Assembly (NCBI GenBank): GCA_044221725.1
Contig: JBGAON010000003.1
Span: 512,001 to 576,000, forward strand
From: Elusimicrobiota bacterium
GTDB taxonomy: Bacteria; Elusimicrobiota; Elusimicrobia; F11
DNA: 64,000 nucleotides
Direction of reading: 5' to 3'
Positions 10,901 through 20,064 of this stretch are shown here, piece after piece (positions within the stretch are counted from its first letter, which is position 1; every line of letters begins with the position of its first letter). The notes under the pieces were generated by a model, which did no database searches, had not been told where the DNA came from, and saw only the letters and a program-made list of their open reading frames with translations. The translations under genes and the position numbers were made by a program.

Positions 10901-13900
10901 GTTTCCGTTGGAACGGGGATTGAAGTTTCGTCCACGCAGTTGAGTGGCAACAACGCGATTTGCATTTAGGGTCCCTTGCCCGGATGGCGTTTGAGTTTGG
11001 GTCGGCGTGGAGCTATTAACGATATAGGAGATTGTGTACGGATTGCTGGCGGTGGATGTCACGCGTCCGGAAATCGAATAGGTTTGGCCGGAAAGGTCCA
11101 GATCACGTTTCGTCGTTTGACCGTTCGTGATTTGCACGCTCTGGCTCACCACGAGTTTCGTGAACGGATAACGTGCCCGCACCGTGTAGAAGTCCGTTCC
11201 TAGTCCGCTGATCTCATAGTTACCGCTGCCGTCCGGTGTGGCGGTCGGACGCTGACCAAAATTATTGAATCCGAGCGCTTCAATTTCAACGGTGCCGTAA
11301 TCACTCCTTCCGGACGGCAATGTGATTTTTCCCGAAATCTTTCCAGAGAATTGCTCCAGCATGAGATTGACCGATCCGCTTCCCCCGGAAACGATGATCG
11401 AGGGCCCGCTTGGCGGATTTAATCCGAAGCCGGGTTCGTAAATGAACATGTTGTAAGTGCCGTCTTCGAGACCTTTTATTTGGAAGCCCCCATTTGTTTG
11501 CGTTGCGTTCGTGGGAAGTTGAATCTGTGTGTAATTTCCGAAACCACTTGCAGGCGAAAAAATGTTGATTGGGACACTAAACAAACCGTCGGAAGTCCCG
11601 TCGAGCGAATCGAGAATCGTTGAATCGCCTTTCACCGTGAGTGTCCCTGTTACTGTTCCACCTTGGCTCAATGTGGGAAAGTCAGCGGCTGGGAATGTCA
11701 CGTCGCTTCCGGTCACGGTCACGTTAATCTTCTTGCGAATAAAACCTTGTGCCCATGTCGAAAGCACGTAGGTTCCATTGGCCAATCCGAAAATGCGATA
11801 GGTCCCGTTCACGTCGCCCGGAGGGATATAAACACCGCCATAAATTCTTTTTGAGAAATCGTTGTCATCGGGATTCAAGTCGGAGTTCGCATCCATAGCG
11901 GCTTCGACGGACACCCAAAGCCCTTGGGCATTGGAGCCGGTCGGCAACGTGATTTTTCCTTCGACGGTGGGTTGGCGAACCAACGTGCGTGTCATGTGCG
12001 TTACGCCGGTCCCAGGGAGCGTGATATTAAACGTATCCAGCGCGTGGCTGGGTACTTCCAAGGTGACTTTGTAGGCGACACTCGGTTCAAGGTAAAGATC
12101 CGTGAACGAGGTCGGAGTGACATTGTAATCATCGCCAGCGTCGGAGACTGTTTTTCCCGAGCGGAAACGAACGGTTCCGTACGCTTGCTTCGAGTAATCC
12201 GAATTGTTGGCGCGTGCGTTACCGGTGATATCCGGAAGAGCCGCATTCGCTGGACGCGTTACCGATAAGCGCAATATAGCGGCTTGCGTCAGCGTGATGG
12301 TCGGCACGGTCGCAATGACGCCGTCTGTTACGGTAACGGTTGTTTCCTTATATATGTATCCGGATTTGAAAAACCGAAGAGTGTAGTTGCCGGCGCCAAT
12401 TCCGTAAATCGTGTAGTTGCCCGATGGAAGCGTGCGTGTGTAACGGTTCGTTGGTCCGTACATCTGTACGTCGACGGCATCGGGATTAACGGCTGAAATT
12501 GTTCCTTGCACGCCCGCCGATTGGAGCGTGACCGCACACGTTTCGTCTTTTATGGAAGAGCCGACCAAGATGCGAACCGCGTACGTGGCCGGTTGGGCGA
12601 TGCTGGGCGGCGATCCTGGCAGCGGGTCCGCAAATCCGTCCCAGCTGGTTCGAATGCTGGTTCCGTATCCGTACACCGTTTTTGCGATCGTAACGAAATT
12701 GTCGCTTGAGAAGAAAACGCGCCACGACAGATCTTGCGGCAGTGTGAAATTGATATAGGCGCGTTCGTTTTTGCCCGGATCAAATGTGACGCTTTTTTGT
12801 GTGGCGAGATAGGTTCCCTTGTCGACGGAGCTGTTCGTAATTCCGCCGTTGATGGGGTGGACGTTCGCCATATAGTTCGAATTTCCGAACACCGATTGCA
12901 GTTGAACGTATTTCTGTTCGTTGGCGGCCACATTGTTCGTGCGGTAGTGGTACGTCTTCCGGGTTGCCGGGGGCGACAGGCTGTCCGACAGGCTAATCGC
13001 GCTTGGCGAAAACGCTGCGTTCGTGGAAAGTTCGGCGGTTGTATCCGACGTTTGTCCTCCACCGATATATCTGACAGCGCTAAGGTTGATTGAAATCGGG
13101 TTAGCGGCGGCCACGTTATTTCCGCAGCCATCTTTCACCGCAATATCGAACGCGGCGTCGGTGTTTAGCGGTGTCACAATCTCAAAGGGTTCGAAATTCA
13201 AAAATGTGGGTTGGCCTGAGTTAAGAACCATGCTTCCATTGAAAGATGACAGCGCGACATCGGTACCGCAGGTTTGATAACGCGATGAGACGCGGAATGT
13301 GGTTGTTGTCGGCGTTTGGCACGTTTGTGCCGCGTAAAAGATTTTTACGACGTCACCGGAATTTAATTGACCGCTAATGACCGTCAAAATTATTTTTTGT
13401 CCGTTAAGCGAGAGTTGCAAAGTGGCGGTGCCGCTCGTTGTGGCCCACGAGACAAGACCAGGGAAACTGTACCCCGATCCGGTGGCCGTGCTCGGCGCGG
13501 CATAAAAGTCTGGAATCTGCATGACAATGCGGCCGCCCAACTGGATTCCGGCCAAAGCAACGGTGTAGGTCATCGTCGTTTGCACAAGCTGCCCAATGTG
13601 CATCGTAAGCGGCGCCAATACGGCCGAGCCCGCTCCGTCGTTTGCGTTCAGTCCGCACGGCGGCCGCGCCTGCACGGTAGTTCCATTCGATAGAGTGGAA
13701 CGGTTGCCGCTAGAATCCTCGCATTTGATTGAAAATGAGTAGTCCGCCCCCGGTTGTAGATTGGTCAGGTTGAAGGTTGCTTCGGTGGATCCTGGGGTGG
13801 AAGGATTGGGCGCAGCCAAATTCAGCGGAGGTTCTTCGATGCGCTGAGCGGCGGAAAATTCTGAATCCGTGGATATCGGTGTGCTGTTCGTGCGGTACTT

Positions 13901-14089
13901 GATGATGTAGCGCGACGTGGCGGTTGCGCTACTGCTTAAGTCGGGCACCGCCCAGTTAAGGGCGACCGATCCTTCGGTGGTTCCAGGGCTCGCAGTTAAA
14001 TTGTTGATAGCGTTGGGTGTGGCGTTTGCCATTCCCACGCAAAAAAAAAGACTCAGTGTTAAACCGGTTGAACGTACGTTAGTAATCAT
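7904..14089 (-). CDS. Large secreted protein (~2061 aa): FN3, multiple carboxypeptidase-regulatory-like beta-sandwiches, C-terminal FlgD-Ig/T9SS type A-like sorting domain
   Basis: Signal peptide MITNVRSTGLTLSLFFCVGMANA; repeated G.ISG.V...G.Y.I.GL..G.Y motifs; C-terminus NFPNPF...IQIFDVAGELVRTL...WDGRN...VASGTY...KMAVLK. Confidence 0.85.
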   Translation of the reverse strand: MITNVRSTGLTLSLFFCVGMANATPNAINNLTASPGTTEGSVALNWAVPDLSSSATATSRYIIKYRTNSTPISTDSEFSAAQRIEEPPLNLAAPNPSTPGSTEATFNLTNLQPGADYSFSIKCEDSSGNRSTLSNGTTVQARPPCGLNANDGAGSAVLAPLTMHIGQLVQTTMTYTVALAGIQLGGRIVMQIPDFYAAPSTATGSGYSFPGLVSWATTSGTATLQLSLNGQKIILTVISGQLNSGDVVKIFYAAQTCQTPTTTTFRVSSRYQTCGTDVALSSFNGSMVLNSGQPTFLNFEPFEIVTPLNTDAAFDIAVKDGCGNNVAAANPISINLSAVRYIGGGQTSDTTAELSTNAAFSPSAISLSDSLSPPATRKTYHYRTNNVAANEQKYVQLQSVFGNSNYMANVHPINGGITNSSVDKGTYLATQKSVTFDPGKNERAYINFTLPQDLSWRVFFSSDNFVTIAKTVYGYGTSIRTSWDGFADPLPGSPPSIAQPATYAVRILVGSSIKDETCAVTLQSAGVQGTISAVNPDAVDVQMYGPTNRYTRTLPSGNYTIYGIGAGNYTLRFFKSGYIYKETTVTVTDGVIATVPTITLTQAAILRLSVTRPANAALPDITGNARANNSDYSKQAYGTVRFRSGKTVSDAGDDYNVTPTSFTDLYLEPSVAYKVTLEVPSHALDTFNITLPGTGVTHMTRTLVRQPTVEGKITLPTGSNAQGLWVSVEAAMDANSDLNPDDNDFSKRIYGGVYIPPGDVNGTYRIFGLANGTYVLSTWAQGFIRKKINVTVTGSDVTFPAADFPTLSQGGTVTGTLTVKGDSTILDSLDGTSDGLFSVPINIFSPASGFGNYTQIQLPTNATQTNGGFQIKGLEDGTYNMFIYEPGFGLNPPSGPSIIVSGGSGSVNLMLEQFSGKISGKITLPSGRSDYGTVEIEALGFNNFGQRPTATPDGSGNYEISGLGTDFYTVRARYPFTKLVVSQSVQITNGQTTKRDLDLSGQTYSISGRVTSTASNPYTISYIVNSSTPTQTQTPSGQGTLNANRVVATQLRGRNFNPRSNGNANSIFYDPKETFVGFYDANGDYTISGLAPGSYRLTTNGEIDGDLSDHNEVSETQIIAYISNQNLIGKDMTVSDGYKVSGTVRLGGGQTETGRQLNVMLMDSNGNLLTQNTVNLTGNSVGYSLDKVRPGNYVLTVRDSYPQKYSSKDQSVTVLASDLTNKEIQLVNSGLIKGRFQIKKSGVVISASNYSQYFTTDLHVEARSNPQIPGGYGSSQMPLIDSNGYFNVAVNPGTYDILVRAFAPPTEADIAAGKKQFVPITKSGITVSEGETKDLGFISLDEGIQITGTVRDSSGNPVPNVRITAQGARRNGHNDDNNLETFTNDSGKYAFHGIDSADERYYLFTAARRPDPFDTRYIGDTGLGRYGQVIRGPIDTQNITNVDFTLQPATSKITAHVGTSDGGQMLVPFGEEGDDNLPGAYVILNHLPDKPQDNPLGDLFDAVSGDGQMNVTGLAAGVYDLFILSRGYGSVAKRNVTVAPNQAVDLGTLTLPAGYTLSGKITKSNGDSVSQKELESVLAVRDNFNEISIAKMVNDASGNLLSYAIAGMQPNKAYTIVGFDDSNTIISLATNVTLKSDTSLDLTFQTPTPGGLAQSIRNNDGTFTIIYKFDDTLRNSDTDLDSNGVKDDNELFTLTTGAGTLSAPTISSDRRQAQATYTPGAGDSSFVITVHGTFVSVDDKTGTNHTINGPFTFFVGIARQNTVTLTNANGGKVDLSQANDGSSFTASAGFLGDDDTATADVVLKAAATQSALSSSALRGSRLGALDVAGRLGMKSYPSEMAAAMSRLKTLDVSPLSSFYDVFLPAGVSHFFPEGKSARICLTYDSSVPDPSVLNIYYYNSATNEYVLESTNKAVDTDNTRVCADIAHASVFTILGSSASIITGGGYTGELAIINFPNPFNLKQKTVTLQNPGTASASQSINGTMLKMSIPTTIAGTAQIQIFDVAGELVRTLHTPLTSGAHNYLEWDGRNDHDEPVASGTYIGRFTVDGGNEKFFKMAVLK

Positions 14090-15296
14090 AAGTGAATCCA
14101 AATTGGTACTCGGCGTTATGATAGTTGTACTGATAAACCTGTTCGTAATTGTTGTTGGATTTACTTTGACCGAAGCTTGTCGTGGTTTTTACTCGGAAAT
14201 TGCGGGACAACGGATAACTGAATCCGAGGTTCAAGTTTTGTTCGATCAAGCTTAGTTTCTCATTCATGTACGTACCGTTCTGACTTTGAATCACGCGTGA
14301 CGTGTAATTGCGATGCGAATAACTGTAGCCAAGATCAATGAGCATCGGCGCTTCGAGTTTGCTTCCAAACGCAAACGTGAGCTGGGTTCCAATCGCGTTC
14401 TGCGCATAATCGTAATAGTTGCCGACAAATTGAGTTTGCGTCGCGTCATAATGGTTCTGATTTGAATCCAAGCTCGTGTATCCGTAGAACACCGATGTAA
14501 CTAAACGCGTGCGCTGAATCGGAGCGAACACGCGATCAAGTGAAATATTGTTTCCGATGAACAGGTCCTTTCGCTTGGTTTCTGTGAGAAGTCCCGTCAC
14601 GGCCACGACATGTTGATCGGTATAATCGCGTGGCGATAAAAATGTTTGCAGCGAACCGGTCATTTTCCAGAAAAGAGGCGTGCGCATGCGCAAGGAGAAC
14701 AAATGAATCCGGTTGTCCAAAACATTTGTGCCCGCAAACTCGCGCGCATTGTCGGAGCTTTGGCCGGATTCCAGAGAAACATAGTTAGGAAATCGCACGA
14801 ACGAGAAGTCGTAACCCAAGCCAATCGAGGCTTTTTTGCCCCAATGGCGTTCAATTTCTGTCCCGACATTCATGATTCGATAGTCGTAAAGTCCATGATT
14901 CCAGGTTTCATCCACGGTTTCGCGAAACCACTTAAATCGGTATCCGGCGTTCTCTTTGAAACTCCAGTTGTCGTTTAGATTGTGAACACCTTTTACGTTC
15001 ACGCCGTTTTCCCACGTGTCGTGAAAAAATGTGTTTCCGCCGGCCAACTCTTCGGCGCTGCGCGTGCCACGATAATTCGTTTGCAACGTCGGAAGAACGC
15101 TAAAGCTATTTGAAAACCGCACGGCCGGTACAAACGTCAAAGCCAGGTTGCCGGCCAGGTCGCTCTTGTTTCCATCGAAATACCACTGGCCCGTTGAAAA
15201 CAAACCGTTTACCACCGGAATGTACGTGGTTCCACTGCGTGCGAATTGTGCCGAGCTTATTCCAAGCAAAAACATCAGTACCGAGCGTGCCTTCAT
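14079..15296 (-). CDS. Putative outer-membrane beta-barrel protein
   Basis: Signal peptide, Tyr/Phe-rich alternating strands, C-terminal beta-signal-like YQFGFTYDY. Confidence 0.7.
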   Translation of the reverse strand: MKARSVLMFLLGISSAQFARSGTTYIPVVNGLFSTGQWYFDGNKSDLAGNLALTFVPAVRFSNSFSVLPTLQTNYRGTRSAEELAGGNTFFHDTWENGVNVKGVHNLNDNWSFKENAGYRFKWFRETVDETWNHGLYDYRIMNVGTEIERHWGKKASIGLGYDFSFVRFPNYVSLESGQSSDNAREFAGTNVLDNRIHLFSLRMRTPLFWKMTGSLQTFLSPRDYTDQHVVAVTGLLTETKRKDLFIGNNISLDRVFAPIQRTRLVTSVFYGYTSLDSNQNHYDATQTQFVGNYYDYAQNAIGTQLTFAFGSKLEAPMLIDLGYSYSHRNYTSRVIQSQNGTYMNEKLSLIEQNLNLGFSYPLSRNFRVKTTTSFGQSKSNNNYEQVYQYNYHNAEYQFGFTYDY

Positions 15297-15312
15297 TTCC
15301 CCTCTTCGCAGA

Positions 15313-16956
15313 CTATTGAATCAAGCCTGATTTGGTTCCAATCCGCGGATCGATCACAAGACGAATCGACCGCGAACCCATTTCCGTCGATGTAAAATTC
15401 TGTTGGTAATTCCACTGTTGAAGTTCTTCTTTGTATTCGGCGCTCGTGGGTGCGCCGCTAAACTCGCTGGCGGCGGCAATGCTCCCTTGATCGTCGATGA
15501 TGTAGTTGTCGTAAACGAGTTTTGATCCGTCGGAATAAAACAAACTTAGTCGGTTATAAAGTTGGCTTGTGCCGTTCGGATATTCGCTGATGGTGGTAAT
15601 CGGTGAATTTGAAAACGTGGCGTCCAAATCGACGGCGAGCGTGTTCGTGACGCCGGACTTTTTCGCGTACGCTGTTTTTGACGTCGTGTTCACGAACATT
15701 GAATAATCGTTGTAGCGGGACTTCCAATACGTATCACCCGAGGCCAAGTTGTGGTAGCTGCCCGACACCGAATCGAGGACAGCGATTTGCAGCGCCTCGT
15801 CTTTGTTGGCGGCCGACACAATCGAAAAGGAGTCCCGAATCGGGTTGTAGATTTTGTACGAACCGTCGGACTGAAGCGCTGCTGCTTCAATCGTGCGCGT
15901 GTGGGAAGTATCCGCGTTGTCGGTCAGCGTGTAATTCGTTCCGTCGTAATCGATTTTTACGAGGTGGCCGCCCGTGGCGCTGTCGCGAACGTTATCGACG
16001 GTGTTGGAAGCGTAGGTTTCGTAGTCCGTGAGATAATAGTCCGGCGCGGTTGTTCCCAGCTTTCCGCCGATTTGTTTCAGCGCAACGGAAATATCATCGG
16101 GAAGATTTTGGTTGAACGTGCCCTTGTAAGTGTAATAATCGAAACGGGTTGGACGTTCGTTGAGCACGACCAGCTTAAATTGATCCGCGCGCGGTCGCGT
16201 GATGTAGGACTCGACGCGCACGCGCGTTCCATCGACGTCCACCAGAGATTTCCCTTCCTGGTAGTCTGCCTGGCGTGATTCCTCGGCCGCCATCGAGACT
16301 ACGTTTTCTTTCACCCGAGCGATCTGGACTTCGTTGTGCACGAGTTCACGGTCCATTGGAATTCCGCCGGAGCGGATTGGGTTTCCGATTTCCCCTTCGA
16401 GTCCGAATCGAATTTTCTCCCCCGGATTCAAAAGTATTTCACTCGAAAGCGCCCCGAGTTTCGAAACGCCGACTTGACCTTCGTTCACCTCAACGTTCAT
16501 CTCTTCGCCGTTTTCGGAAACTTCGACTTCGAAGTCCGTACCGCGCACGCTGGCCACGCCGACCGGTGTTGTTATTTGAAAATTATTTCCTCCTTTAACT
16601 TTGGCCACAATCGCACGGATACGTCCGCGCAACAGCTTGATTGTTTTTTGAACACTGGAAAGTTTTTCGACCTCTGCCTGGGAGTTTTGAAGCAGCAAGA
16701 CGCGGCTGCCATCGGCGAGCTTTACTTTTGCGACGGATCTTTTTCCGGTGCGGATTTTATCGTCTTGAGACAAGGTGGCTTTCGTTTGCGCTTTCTTCCA
16801 ACTGTTCGTTCCGGCTTTAAATACATCGACTTGACGAGTAACGGCTTCCACGCGGCCGGTGATGGGTTTGGCGGCGGGCGCGGAATCTTTGGATGGCTCC
16901 GCAAAGACGGAATAGGCCAAGGTTGAGATCAGAAGTCCAACAGCAAATTTTTTCAA
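15313..16956 (-). CDS. Secreted FecR-domain protein with a long uncharacterised C-terminal region
   Basis: Signal peptide; FecR-like motifs DKIRTG...LADGSRV and ITTPVGVASVRGTDFEVEV...VEVNEGQVGV; AAGGAG SD before the TTG start. Confidence 0.8.
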   Translation of the reverse strand: MKKFAVGLLISTLAYSVFAEPSKDSAPAAKPITGRVEAVTRQVDVFKAGTNSWKKAQTKATLSQDDKIRTGKRSVAKVKLADGSRVLLLQNSQAEVEKLSSVQKTIKLLRGRIRAIVAKVKGGNNFQITTPVGVASVRGTDFEVEVSENGEEMNVEVNEGQVGVSKLGALSSEILLNPGEKIRFGLEGEIGNPIRSGGIPMDRELVHNEVQIARVKENVVSMAAEESRQADYQEGKSLVDVDGTRVRVESYITRPRADQFKLVVLNERPTRFDYYTYKGTFNQNLPDDISVALKQIGGKLGTTAPDYYLTDYETYASNTVDNVRDSATGGHLVKIDYDGTNYTLTDNADTSHTRTIEAAALQSDGSYKIYNPIRDSFSIVSAANKDEALQIAVLDSVSGSYHNLASGDTYWKSRYNDYSMFVNTTSKTAYAKKSGVTNTLAVDLDATFSNSPITTISEYPNGTSQLYNRLSLFYSDGSKLVYDNYIIDDQGSIAAASEFSGAPTSAEYKEELQQWNYQQNFTSTEMGSRSIRLVIDPRIGTKSGLIQ

Positions 16957-17015
16957 TCCAAGCTCCTTGTTCGCCCAGCACGGGCGGATTAGGGGTGAGC
17001 TCGTGCACCGTCTAA

Positions 17016-17044
17016 AATGTAGAGGAGGTAGAAGGGGCTTTCAA
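17016..17044 (-). promoter_or_regulatory. sigma70-type promoter for the FecR-barrel-CTD-PorV operon
   Basis: TTGAAA-17 nt-TACATT on the minus strand. Confidence 0.55.
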
Positions 17045-17081
17045 GGACTTTGAAAAGAATGAAATTGTTAAGACAGACTGA

Positions 17082-17888
17082 TTATTTGACGCGATTTGTT
17101 CGAAAAAGTTGATGGGCGTTGCGGGTGGTGATCTCGGAAAGTTTTTCTGCCTCAATGTTCAAATGCGCTGCTAAACGATCGCCGATAAGAGGCAGATACG
17201 CCGGTTCGTTTCGCTGCCCACGATAATTTTGCGGTGGAAGATACGGACTGTCCGTTTCTATCACAAGATGGTGCGGGGCAATGCCGGCCAGGGCGTCGCG
17301 CAGAGACTTTGCGCTCGGATAGGTTATCGGTCCGTCGACGCCGAGATAGAAACCGAGCGAAATCAATTCTTCGGCGTTCGCGCGATCGCCCGAAAAACAA
17401 TGCACGACGCCCGGAGAAAATTCTCTGCTCGGATTCGCAAAATATTCCCGTAGGATCGGCATGAGGTCGCTGTAAGCTTCCCGGCAGTGGATGATAAGAG
17501 GCTTGTGGGTCTCAATTCCAAGTTCGATGGCCCTACGAAACGCTTTGATCTGATCAATCGGCGGAATTGGGCATTTGGCGTAATCCAGGCCGACTTCGCC
17601 GATGGCCAAAAATTGCGGATGGCCCGTGAGCGTTTTTAGTTGGGCCCATAGATCGGGTGAGGCCTTGTCGGCGTAATAGGGGTGGAGGCCGGCCGCCCAC
17701 CAGACCTTGTTCGGATATTTCTCAGCGAGAGCTTTGGCTTTTGGCCATTCGTCGGGACCATCGGCAATCTCGACGATCGCCGACAATCCCGATGAAAAAG
17801 CGCGTTCGATAACCGCATCGCGGTCAGCGTCGAATTTCGAATCGCTGAGGTGCGCGTGCGTTTCGAACCAAATGGGTCCGTGGTTCAA
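17082..17888 (-). CDS. tatD: TatD-family hydrolase (DNase)
   Basis: Motifs ETHAHL, GLHP, AIGEVGLDY, IIHCREA, GVVHCFSG, VIETDSPYLPP, RNEP. Likely start is TTG 17888 (TTGA overlap with the FKBP stop). Confidence 0.9.
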   Translation of the reverse strand: MNHGPIWFETHAHLSDSKFDADRDAVIERAFSSGLSAIVEIADGPDEWPKAKALAEKYPNKVWWAAGLHPYYADKASPDLWAQLKTLTGHPQFLAIGEVGLDYAKCPIPPIDQIKAFRRAIELGIETHKPLIIHCREAYSDLMPILREYFANPSREFSPGVVHCFSGDRANAEELISLGFYLGVDGPITYPSAKSLRDALAGIAPHHLVIETDSPYLPPQNYRGQRNEPAYLPLIGDRLAAHLNIEAEKLSEITTRNAHQLFRTNRVK

Positions 17889-18361
17889 TTGATGCTGAGC
17901 AGCTCCACGTCGAAATGAAGTTCCGAGTTGGGCGGAATGACATTTCCGGCTCCACGTTCTCCATAACCGAGCGCTGGCGGAATGATCAGTGTTCGTTTTC
18001 CTCCCACTTTCATGGTGGAAACACCTTCGTCCCAACCTTTGATCACTTGGCCCACGCCAATGACGAACGTGAACGGTTGCCCCCGATCGACCGAGCTGTC
18101 AAATTTGGTGCCATCTTTCAGCGTGCCGGTGTAATGCACCGTAACGCGTTGGCCGGTTTTGGGTGATGGACCGGTACCGACCTTTGTATCGATATATTCA
18201 AGACCCGTGGATGTTTTCATAATTTTTCCTTTGTTGGTGGCTGGGGCAGGCGTTGGAACTTTGCTAGGCGAAGACGGTTGAGTCTCGAGTGAACGCGAGA
18301 CCGCTGGCGAAAAAAATAACGCAGCGGTCAACGCAACGGCAGCAACGGACAACGATCTCAT
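17885..18361 (-). CDS. Exported FKBP-type peptidyl-prolyl cis-trans isomerase
   Basis: VTVHYTGTLKDGTKFDSSVDRGQPF...GQVIKGWDEG...IPPALGYG; signal peptide; GGAGGT SD. Confidence 0.95.
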   Translation of the reverse strand: MRSLSVAAVALTAALFFSPAVSRSLETQPSSPSKVPTPAPATNKGKIMKTSTGLEYIDTKVGTGPSPKTGQRVTVHYTGTLKDGTKFDSSVDRGQPFTFVIGVGQVIKGWDEGVSTMKVGGKRTLIIPPALGYGERGAGNVIPPNSELHFDVELLSIN

Positions 18362-18405
18362 TGGGACCTCCAGTTGGGATTTTTTAGCGTAAGAACGATA
18401 GGAAA

Positions 18406-18897
18406 TTACGGGAGCGTTTGCAGGTGTTTAAATTCGAGAAGCAAACCATCGTCAATATTAACGAGAAGGTCCGTTCGTTCTGGCTTTTTGCACATTGTGA
18501 AGAACGCGCATTCCGCGCCGACGCAGGCATTTAGCGAGTGTTGCTGGATGCGTTGTTCACAATCGATGTAATGGTTGGACATTTTTGTGAGTCGCTCGAT
18601 CCACGCGGGTTCGAGGTTCAGGAATTCCAATCCATGCAAATACTGGCGATCTTTTGGAATCATGTGCCGAATTGTTGTTTTGGATTTCAAAACCGAGTGG
18701 TCCGGAAACGTGATCGAAAGATTTGCGTCCGTTCCTTGCGGAATGATTTGACCGATAAGCATTGAAATTCCACCGGCCGAGAGGTCAATGAGTTTTCCTT
18801 TGATCGGTTTTCCGATGTAAGGCGGAAAAGGCGTCAGCGTAACCGGTCGATTAATGAACGCGGTTGCGGAAAATCGCTTATGTTTGCGTCGTTCCAT
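18406..18897 (-). CDS. PilZ-domain (c-di-GMP-binding) protein with a C-terminal four-cysteine tail
   Basis: RxxxR motif (ERRKHKR) and DxSxxG motif (DLSAGG). Confidence 0.8.
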   Translation of the reverse strand: MERRKHKRFSATAFINRPVTLTPFPPYIGKPIKGKLIDLSAGGISMLIGQIIPQGTDANLSITFPDHSVLKSKTTIRHMIPKDRQYLHGLEFLNLEPAWIERLTKMSNHYIDCEQRIQQHSLNACVGAECAFFTMCKKPERTDLLVNIDDGLLLEFKHLQTLP

Positions 18898-19011
18898 GCT
18901 GCAAATATAGCTGCTGAGAAAGATAAATCCGTGATATCACGGTGACGGTTTTGTGGCGAAAAAGTTAATCTTTCAAAACTTTGTTGGGTAAAACATTAAG
19001 GAGGAAGAAAA

Positions 19012-19629
19012 ATGCTGAGTATTAAGAAATGGGTTGTAATGACAGTGTGTTTGGTAGCTGGTGTGAGTGGTGTGCGTGCGGCCACTTACGAGATTGATCC
19101 GTCTCATTCGCAAGTGGGTTTCCGCATCCGTCACATCGTCTCGAGGGTTCGCGGCAGCTTCAATGATTTTTCAGGCAAAGTCGATTTCGATCAGAAAAAA
19201 CCGGAATCTCTTGCCGCCAACGTTGTGGTTAAGACGGCAAGCGTGAACACAGCCAACGAAAAAAGAGACGAACACCTTCGCAGCGCCGATTTCTTCAATG
19301 TTCAGAAATATCCCGAAATGACATTCAAAACAACGAGCGTAAAATCAACCGGCGACGGCAAACTGGATATCACTGGGGACCTTACGATGCTCGGAGTGAC
19401 GAAGCCGGTGGTTTTGCACACCGATGTGTTGGGCGTCGGAAACGATCCGTGGGGCAACGAACGGGTTGGTTTTAGCGCGACAGGGACACTGAACCGGAAA
19501 GACTACGGAATGGTTTTCAATATGGGAGACAAAGGCGGCATGGTCATTGGAGACGATGTGGAAATCTTGCTTGAGGTTGAAGCGGTGAACAAACTGGCAG
19601 CAAAGCCCGCGCCCGCAAAAAAGAAATAA
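19012..19629 (+). CDS. yceI: YceI-family periplasmic lipid/polyisoprenoid-binding protein
   Basis: YEIDPSHSQVGFRIRH...RDEHLRSADFF...GDLTMLGVTKPV; AAGGAGG SD. Confidence 0.93.
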   Translation: MLSIKKWVVMTVCLVAGVSGVRAATYEIDPSHSQVGFRIRHIVSRVRGSFNDFSGKVDFDQKKPESLAANVVVKTASVNTANEKRDEHLRSADFFNVQKYPEMTFKTTSVKSTGDGKLDITGDLTMLGVTKPVVLHTDVLGVGNDPWGNERVGFSATGTLNRKDYGMVFNMGDKGGMVIGDDVEILLEVEAVNKLAAKPAPAKKK

Positions 19630-19631
19630 TT

Positions 19632-20018
19632 CTAGGAGAGTAAGGTTTTGACGGCGGCGATGAACTCATCGCCCTGGAACGGTTTGTTCATAAAAGCGCT
19701 CGCGCCGAGATTGTTGGCAAGCCCCAGGTCGGTTTTTTTATCGACCGCCGTCATGATCATGATTTTTGGAAATTGATTTTCCTTCTTCTCTTTCCGTAGC
19801 CGTTCTGCCAAATGCTCCATGAACATGTATCCATCCATGCGCGGCATGTTCAAATCCAAAATCACGAGATCGATGTTGCGTTCCGTCAAAATTTTCAAGC
19901 CGTTCACGCCGTTGTTTGCGGTGATCACGTCATAGCCGCGCCCTTCGAGCATTTCTTCCATCGCTTCAGCGACAATATCTTCATCGTCAACCACCAAAAT
20001 TGTTTTCGTCTTTTTCAT
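19632..20018 (-). CDS. Single-domain response regulator receiver
   Basis: ILVVDDE, LDLNMPRMDG, TA, KPF. Confidence 0.9.
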   Translation of the reverse strand: MKKTKTILVVDDEDIVAEAMEEMLEGRGYDVITANNGVNGLKILTERNIDLVILDLNMPRMDGYMFMEHLAERLRKEKKENQFPKIMIMTAVDKKTDLGLANNLGASAFMNKPFQGDEFIAAVKTLLS

Positions 20019-20064
20019 ACATTATCTGTAACGGCAGAACGGGTGGTTGTCAACAGCAAAAACT

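Noticed and set aside
16972..16986. CGCCC-N5-GGGCG hairpin in the FecR operon leader considered as a riboswitch
   Set aside because: The leader is only about 50 nt and has a single 5-bp stem, with no recognisable aptamer consensus.
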